DNA from: Centroscyllium fabricii
Lineage: Eukaryota
Length of the DNA stretch: 64,000 bases
Assembly (NCBI GenBank): GCA_051313645.2
Contig: JBNRSN020000089.1
Coordinates: forward strand, 2,604,001-2,668,000
Direction: 5' to 3'
Below are positions 57,201 to 64,000 of the stretch, in pieces (position 1 is the stretch's first letter; each line of letters opens with the position of its first letter). Under the pieces are notes generated by a model. The model worked only from the letters and a program-made list of their open reading frames with translations, was not told where the DNA came from and made no database searches. The translations under genes were made by a program, and so were the position numbers.

Positions 57201-60200
57201 CATAAGACAGTATCCATCTGTATACAATACATCAGTCATTATCCATCTGTGTACAATACATCAGAAAATAACCATCTGCGAACAATACATAAGACATCAT
57301 CCATCAGTGTAGAATACATCAGACATTATCCACCTGTAAACAAAACATCAGACATTATCCATCTGTGTACAATACATCAGACAAATGTCCCTCTGTGTTC
57401 AATACATCAGACAATATCCATCTGTGTAAAATACATCAGACAATGTCCATCTGTGTACAATACATCAGCCAATATCCATCTGTGAACAATACATCAGAAA
57501 ATGTCCATCTGTGCACAATACATCAGACATTATCCATCTGTGTACAATACATCAGACATGGTCCATCCTTGTAAAATACATCAGACATTATCCATCTGTG
57601 AACAATACATCAGACATGGTCCATCTGTGAACAATACATCAGACATTATCCATCTGTGTACAACACATCAGACAATATCCATCTGTGTACAATACATCAG
57701 ACAATGTCCATCTGTGTACAATCCATCAGACAATATCCATCTGTGTACAATACATCAGAGAATGTCCATCTGTGTACAGTACATCAGACAATATCTCTCT
57801 GTGAACAATACATCAGACAATGTCCATCTTTGTACAATACATCAGACAATATCCATCTGTGTACAATACATCAGACAATATCCATCTGTGAACAATACAT
57901 CAGAAAATGTCCATCTGTGCACAATACATAAGACATTATCAATCTGTGTACAATACATCAGACATTATCCATCTGTGTACAATATATCAGACAATATCCA
58001 TCTGTGTACAAAACATCAGACATTGTCCATCTTTGTACAATACATCAGACAATGTCCATCTGTGAACAATACATCAGAAAATGTCCATCTGTGAACAATA
58101 CATCAGACAATGTACATCTGTGTACAATACATCAGACAATGTCCATCTGTGTACAGTACATCAGACAATGTCCATCTGTGTACAGTACATCAGACAATAT
58201 CCTTCTTTGAACAGTACATCAGACAAGGTCCATCTGTGTGCAATACATCAGACACTGTCCATCTGTGCACAATACATCAGAAAATGTCCATCTGTGAACA
58301 ATACATAAGAAAATATCCATCTGTGTACAGTACATCAGACAATGTCCATCTATGTACAATACATCAGAACATTTCCATCTGTGAACAATACATAAGACAT
58401 TATCCATCTGTATACAATACATCAGACATTATCCATCTATGTACAATACATCAGAAAATGTCCATCTGTGAACAATACATAAGACATTATCCATCAGTGT
58501 ACAATACATCAGATATTATCCACCTGTGAACAATACATCAGTCAATATCCATCTGTGCACAATACATCAGACAAATGTCCAACTGTGTAGAATACATCAG
58601 ACAATATCCATCTGCGTAAAATACATCAGAAAATGTCCATCTTTGTACAATACATCAGACAATATCCATCTGTGAACAATACATCAGACATGGTCCATCT
58701 GTGAACAATACATCAGACATTATCCATCTGTTTACAACACATCAAACAATATCCATCTGTGTACAATAAATCAGACAATGTCCATCTGTGTACAATCCAT
58801 CAGACAATATCCATCTGTGTACAATACATCAGAGAATGTCCATCTGTGTACAGTACATCAGACAATATCTCTCTGTGAACAATACATCAGACAATGTCCA
58901 TCTTTGTAAAATACATCAGACAATATCCATCTGTGTACAATACATCAGACAATATCCATCTGTGAAAAATACATCAGAAAATGTCCATCTGTGCACAATA
59001 CATAAGACATTATCAATCTGTGTACAATACATCAGACATTATCCATCTGTGTACAATACATCAGAAAATAACCATCTGCGAACAATACATAAGACATTAT
59101 CCATCAGTGTACAATACATCAGACATTAGCCACCTGTAAACAAAACATCAGACATTATCCATCTGTGTACAATACATCAGACAAATGTCCATCTGTGTAC
59201 AATACATCAGACAATATCCATCTGTGTAAAATACATCAGACAATGTCCATCTGTGTACAATACATCAGCCAATATCCATCTGTGAACAATACATCAGAAA
59301 ATGTCCATCTGTGCACAATACATCAGACATTATCGATCTGTGTACAATACATCAGACATGGTCCATCCTTGTAAAATACACAGACATTATCCATCTGTGA
59401 ACAATACATCAGACATGGTCCATCTGTGAACAATACATCAGACATTATCCATCTGTGTACAACACATCAGACAATATCCATCTGTGTACAATACATCCGA
59501 CAATGTCCATCTGTGTACAATCAATCAGACAATATCCATCTGTGTACAATACATCAGAGAATGTCCATCTGTGTACAGTACATCAGACAATATCTCTCTG
59601 TGAACAATACATCAGACAATGTCCATCTTTGTACAATACATCAGACAATATCCATCTGTGTACAATACATCAGACAATATCCATCTGTGAACAATACATC
59701 AGAAAATGTCCATCTGTGCACAATACATAAGACATTATCAATCTGTGTACAATACATCAGACATTATCCATCTGTGTACAATATATCAGACAATATCCAT
59801 CTGTGTACAAAACATCAGACATTGTCCATCTTTGTACAATACATCAGACAATGTCCATCTGTGAACAATACATCAGAAAATGTCCATCTGTGAACAATAC
59901 ATCAGACAATGTACATCTGTGTACAATACATCCGACAATGTCCATCTGTGTACAGTAAATCAGACAATGTCCATCTGTGTACCGTACATCAGACAATATC
60001 CTTCTTTGAACAGTACATCAGACAAGGTCCATCAGTGTGCAATACATCAGACACCTTCCATCTGTGCACAATACATCAGAAAATGTCCATCTGTGAACAA
60101 TACATAAGAAAATATCCGTCTGTGTACAGTACATCAGACAATGTCCATCTGTGTACAATACATCAGAAAATGTGCATCTGTGAACAATACATAAGACATT

Positions 60201-63200
60201 ATCCATCAGTTTACAATACATCAGACATTATCCATCTGTGAACAATAAATCAGTCAATATCCATCTGTGTACAATACATCAGACAAATGTCCATCTGTGT
60301 ACAATACATCAGACAATATCCATCTGCGTAAAATACATCAGACAATGTCCATCTGTGTACAATAGATCAGACAATATCCATCTGTGAAAAATACATCAGA
60401 AACTGTCAGTCTGTTCACAATACATAAGACATTATCAATCTGTGTACAATACATCAGATATTATGCATCTGTGTACAATATATCAGACAATATCCATCTG
60501 TGAACAATACATCAGAAAATATCCATCTGTGAACAATACATAAGACATTATCCATCAGCGTACAATACATCAGATATTATCCACTTGTGAACAATACATC
60601 AGACAATATCCATCTGTGTACAATACATCAGACAAATGTCCATCTGTGTACAATACATCAGACAATATCCATCTGCGTAAAATACATCAGACAATGTCCA
60701 TCTATGTACAATACATCAGACAATATATCCATCTGTGAACAATATATCAGAAATTGTCCGTATGTGCACAATAAATAAGATATTATCAATCTGTGTACAA
60801 TACATCAGATATTATCCATCTGTGTACAATACATCAGGCAATATCCATCTGTGAATAATACATCAGAAAATGTCCATATGTGTACAATGCATCAGACATT
60901 ATCCATCTGTGAACAATACATCAGACAATAACCATCTGTGTACAATACATCAGACAATATCCATCTGTGTACAATACATCAGAAAATGTCCATCTGTGTA
61001 CAATACATCAGACAATATCCATCTGTGTACAATACATCAGACATTATCCATCTGTGAACAATACATCAGACATTATCCATCTGTGTACAATACATCAGAC
61101 ATGGTCCATCTGTGAACAAAACATCAGACATTATCCATCTGTGTACAGCACATCAGACAATATACGTCTGTGTACAATACATCAGACAATATCCATCTGT
61201 GTACAAAACATCAGACATTTTCCATCTTTGTACAATACATCAGAAAATGTCCATCTGTGAACAATACATCAGACAATGTACATCTGTGTACAATACATCA
61301 GACAATGTCCATCTGTGTACAGTACATCAGACAATGTCCATCTGTGTACAGTGCATCAGACAATGTCCTTCTTTGAACAGTACATCAGACAATTTCCATC
61401 TCTGTACAATACATCAGACACTGTCAATCTGTGTACAATACATCAGAAAATATCCATCTGTGAACAATACATAAGAAAATGTCCATCTGTGTACAGTACA
61501 TCAGACAATGTCCATCTGTGTACAATATATTAGAAAATGTCCATCTGTGAACAATGCATAAGACATTATCAATCTGTATACAATACATCAGACATTATCC
61601 ATCTGTGTACAATACATCAGATAATAAACATCTGTGAACAATACATAAGACATTATCCATCAGTGTACAATACATCAGACATTATCCACCTGTAAACAAT
61701 ACATCAGACAATATCCATCTGTGTACAATACATCAGACAAATTTCGATCTGTGTACAACACATCAGACAATATCCATCTGTGTAAAATACATCAGACAAT
61801 GTCCATCTGTGTACAATACTTCAGACATTATCCATCTGTGTACAATACATCAGACATGGTCCATCTGTGTACAATACATCAGACATTATCCATCTGTGAA
61901 CAATACATCAGACATGGTCCATCTTTGTACAATACATCAGACAATATCCATCTGTGTACAATACATCAGACAATATCCATCTGTGAACAATACATCAGAA
62001 AATGTCCATATGTGCACAATACATAAGACATTTTCAATCTGTGTACAATACATCAGACATTATCCATCTGTGTACAATACATCAGACAATATCCATCTGT
62101 GAATAATACATCAGAAAATGTCCATCTGTGTACAATACATCAGACATTATCCATCTGTGAACAATACATCAGACAATAACCATCTGTGAAAAATATATCA
62201 GACATTATTCATCTGTGTACAATACATCAGAAAATGTCCATCTGTGTACAATACATCAGACAATATCCATCTGTGTACAACACATCAGACATTATCCATC
62301 TGTGAACAATACATCAGATATTATCCATCTATGTACAACACATCAGACAATATCCATCTGTGTACAAAACATCAGACAATGTCCATCTGTGTACAATCCA
62401 ACAGACAGTATCCAGCTGTGTACAATATATCAGAGAATGTCCATCTTTGTACAGTACATCAGACAATATTTATCTGTGAACAATATATCAGAAAATATCC
62501 ATCTGTGTACAATATATCAGACAATATCCATCTGTGAACAATATATCAGACAATGTCCATCTGTGTTGAATACATCTGACAATGTCCACCTGTGTACAAT
62601 ACATCAGAAAATATGCATCTGTGTACAAAACATCAGACAATGTCCATCTGTGAATAATATATCAGACAATTTCCATCTTTGAGCAATACATCAGACAATA
62701 TCCATCTGTGTACAATATATCAGACAATGTCCATCTGTGCACAATACATCAGTCAATGTCCATCTGTGAACAATACAACAGACAATGACCATCTGTGTAT
62801 AAAACATCAGATATTGTCCATCTGTGTACAATATATCAGACATTATCCATCTGTGTACAATACATCAGAAAATGTCCATCTGTGTACAATGCATCAGACA
62901 ATGTCCATCTGTGAACAATACATCAGAGAATATCCATCTGTGTACAAAACATCAGACATTGTCCATCTGTGTACAATACATCAGAAAATGTCCATCTGTG
63001 AACAATACATCAGACAATGTCCATCTGGGAACAATACATCAGACAATGTCCATCTGTGTACAATACATCAGACAATGTCCATCTGTGTACAGTACAACAG
63101 ACAATGTCCATCTGTGTACAGTACATCAGACAATATCCTTCTTTGAACAGTACATCAGACAATGTCCATCTGTGTACAATACATCAGACACTGTCCATCT

Positions 63201-64000
63201 GTGTACAATACATCAGAAAATTTCCATCTGTGAACAATACATAAGAAAATATCCATCTGTGTACAGTACATCAGACAATGTCCATCAGTGTACAATATAT
63301 CAGAAAATGTCCATCTGTGAGCAATACATAAGACATTATCCATCTGTATACAATACATCAGACATTATCCATCTGTGTACAATACATCAGAAAATGTCCA
63401 TCTGTGAACAATAATTAAGACATTATCCATCAGTGTACAATACATCAGATATTATCCACCTGTGATCAATACATCAGACTTAACCATCTGTGTACAATAC
63501 ATCAGACAAATGTCCATCTGTGTACAATACATCAGACAATATCCATCTGCGTAAAATACATCAGACAATGTCCATCTGTGTACAATGCATCAGACAATAT
63601 CCATCTGTGAACAATACATCAGAAAATGTCCGTCTGTGCACAATACATAAGACATTATCAATCTGTGTAGAATACATCAGATATTATGCATCTGTGTACA
63701 ATACATCAGACAATATACATCTGTGAACAATACATCAGAAAATGTCCATCTGTGAACAATACATAATACATTATCCATCTGTATACAATACATCAGACAT
63801 TATCCATCTGTGTACAATACATCAGAAAATGTCCATCTGTGAACAATATATAAGACATTATCCATCAGTGTACAATACATCAGATATTATCCACCTGTGA
63901 ACAATACATCAGACAATATCCATCTGTGTACAATACATCAGACAAATGTCCGTCTGTGTACAATACATCAGACAATATCCATCTGCGTAAAATACATCAG
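54276..64000. repeat. 29-bp satellite, segment 4 (runs off the window)
   Basis: Tandem monomers with recurrent 30-bp variants (AGACAAATGTCC). Confidence 0.98.

Noticed and set aside
8687-63726. Hundreds of ORFs of the type MSICVQYIRQ / YNTSDNVHL / CTIHQT
   Set aside because: Translations of the 29-bp satellite in all three frames with random stops. Not C2H2 spacing and no gene structure.
2648-64000. CRISPR-like array (29-bp repeat with internal palindromes)
   Set aside because: Monomers are directly adjacent with no unique spacers, there are no cas genes, and the context is vertebrate retroelements.

Overview
Eukaryotic (vertebrate) heterochromatin-type DNA. The CR1 3' ends and ORF architecture resemble cartilaginous-fish CR1, but this is inference. 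About 53 kb of the 64 kb is one head-to-tail 29-bp satellite (consensus CATCAGACAATGTCCATCTGTGTACAATA). It carries 27- and 30-bp variant monomers, two sequence domains and several recent kb-scale tandem duplications. The array is bordered or interrupted by four retroelements: (i) a young non-autonomous LTR element with ~1.8-kb LTRs and only 146 bp of internal sequence (tRNA-Pro-type PBS, hairpin, PPT); (ii) a full-length CR1 LINE with a 241-bp monomer-array 5' UTR, an intact ZnF/esterase ORF1 and a disabled APE-RT ORF2; (iii, iv) two 5'-truncated CR1 copies. No host gene is evident, and the hundreds of Cys/His-rich ORFs are satellite translation artefacts. Two signals stand out. All three CR1 insertions, from two different subfamilies, sit in the same orientation at the same position of the satellite monomer (AGAC^A(A/T)TATCC). 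The CR1 ORF1/ORF2 overlap carries an in-phase U_UUA_AAC -1 frameshift heptamer.
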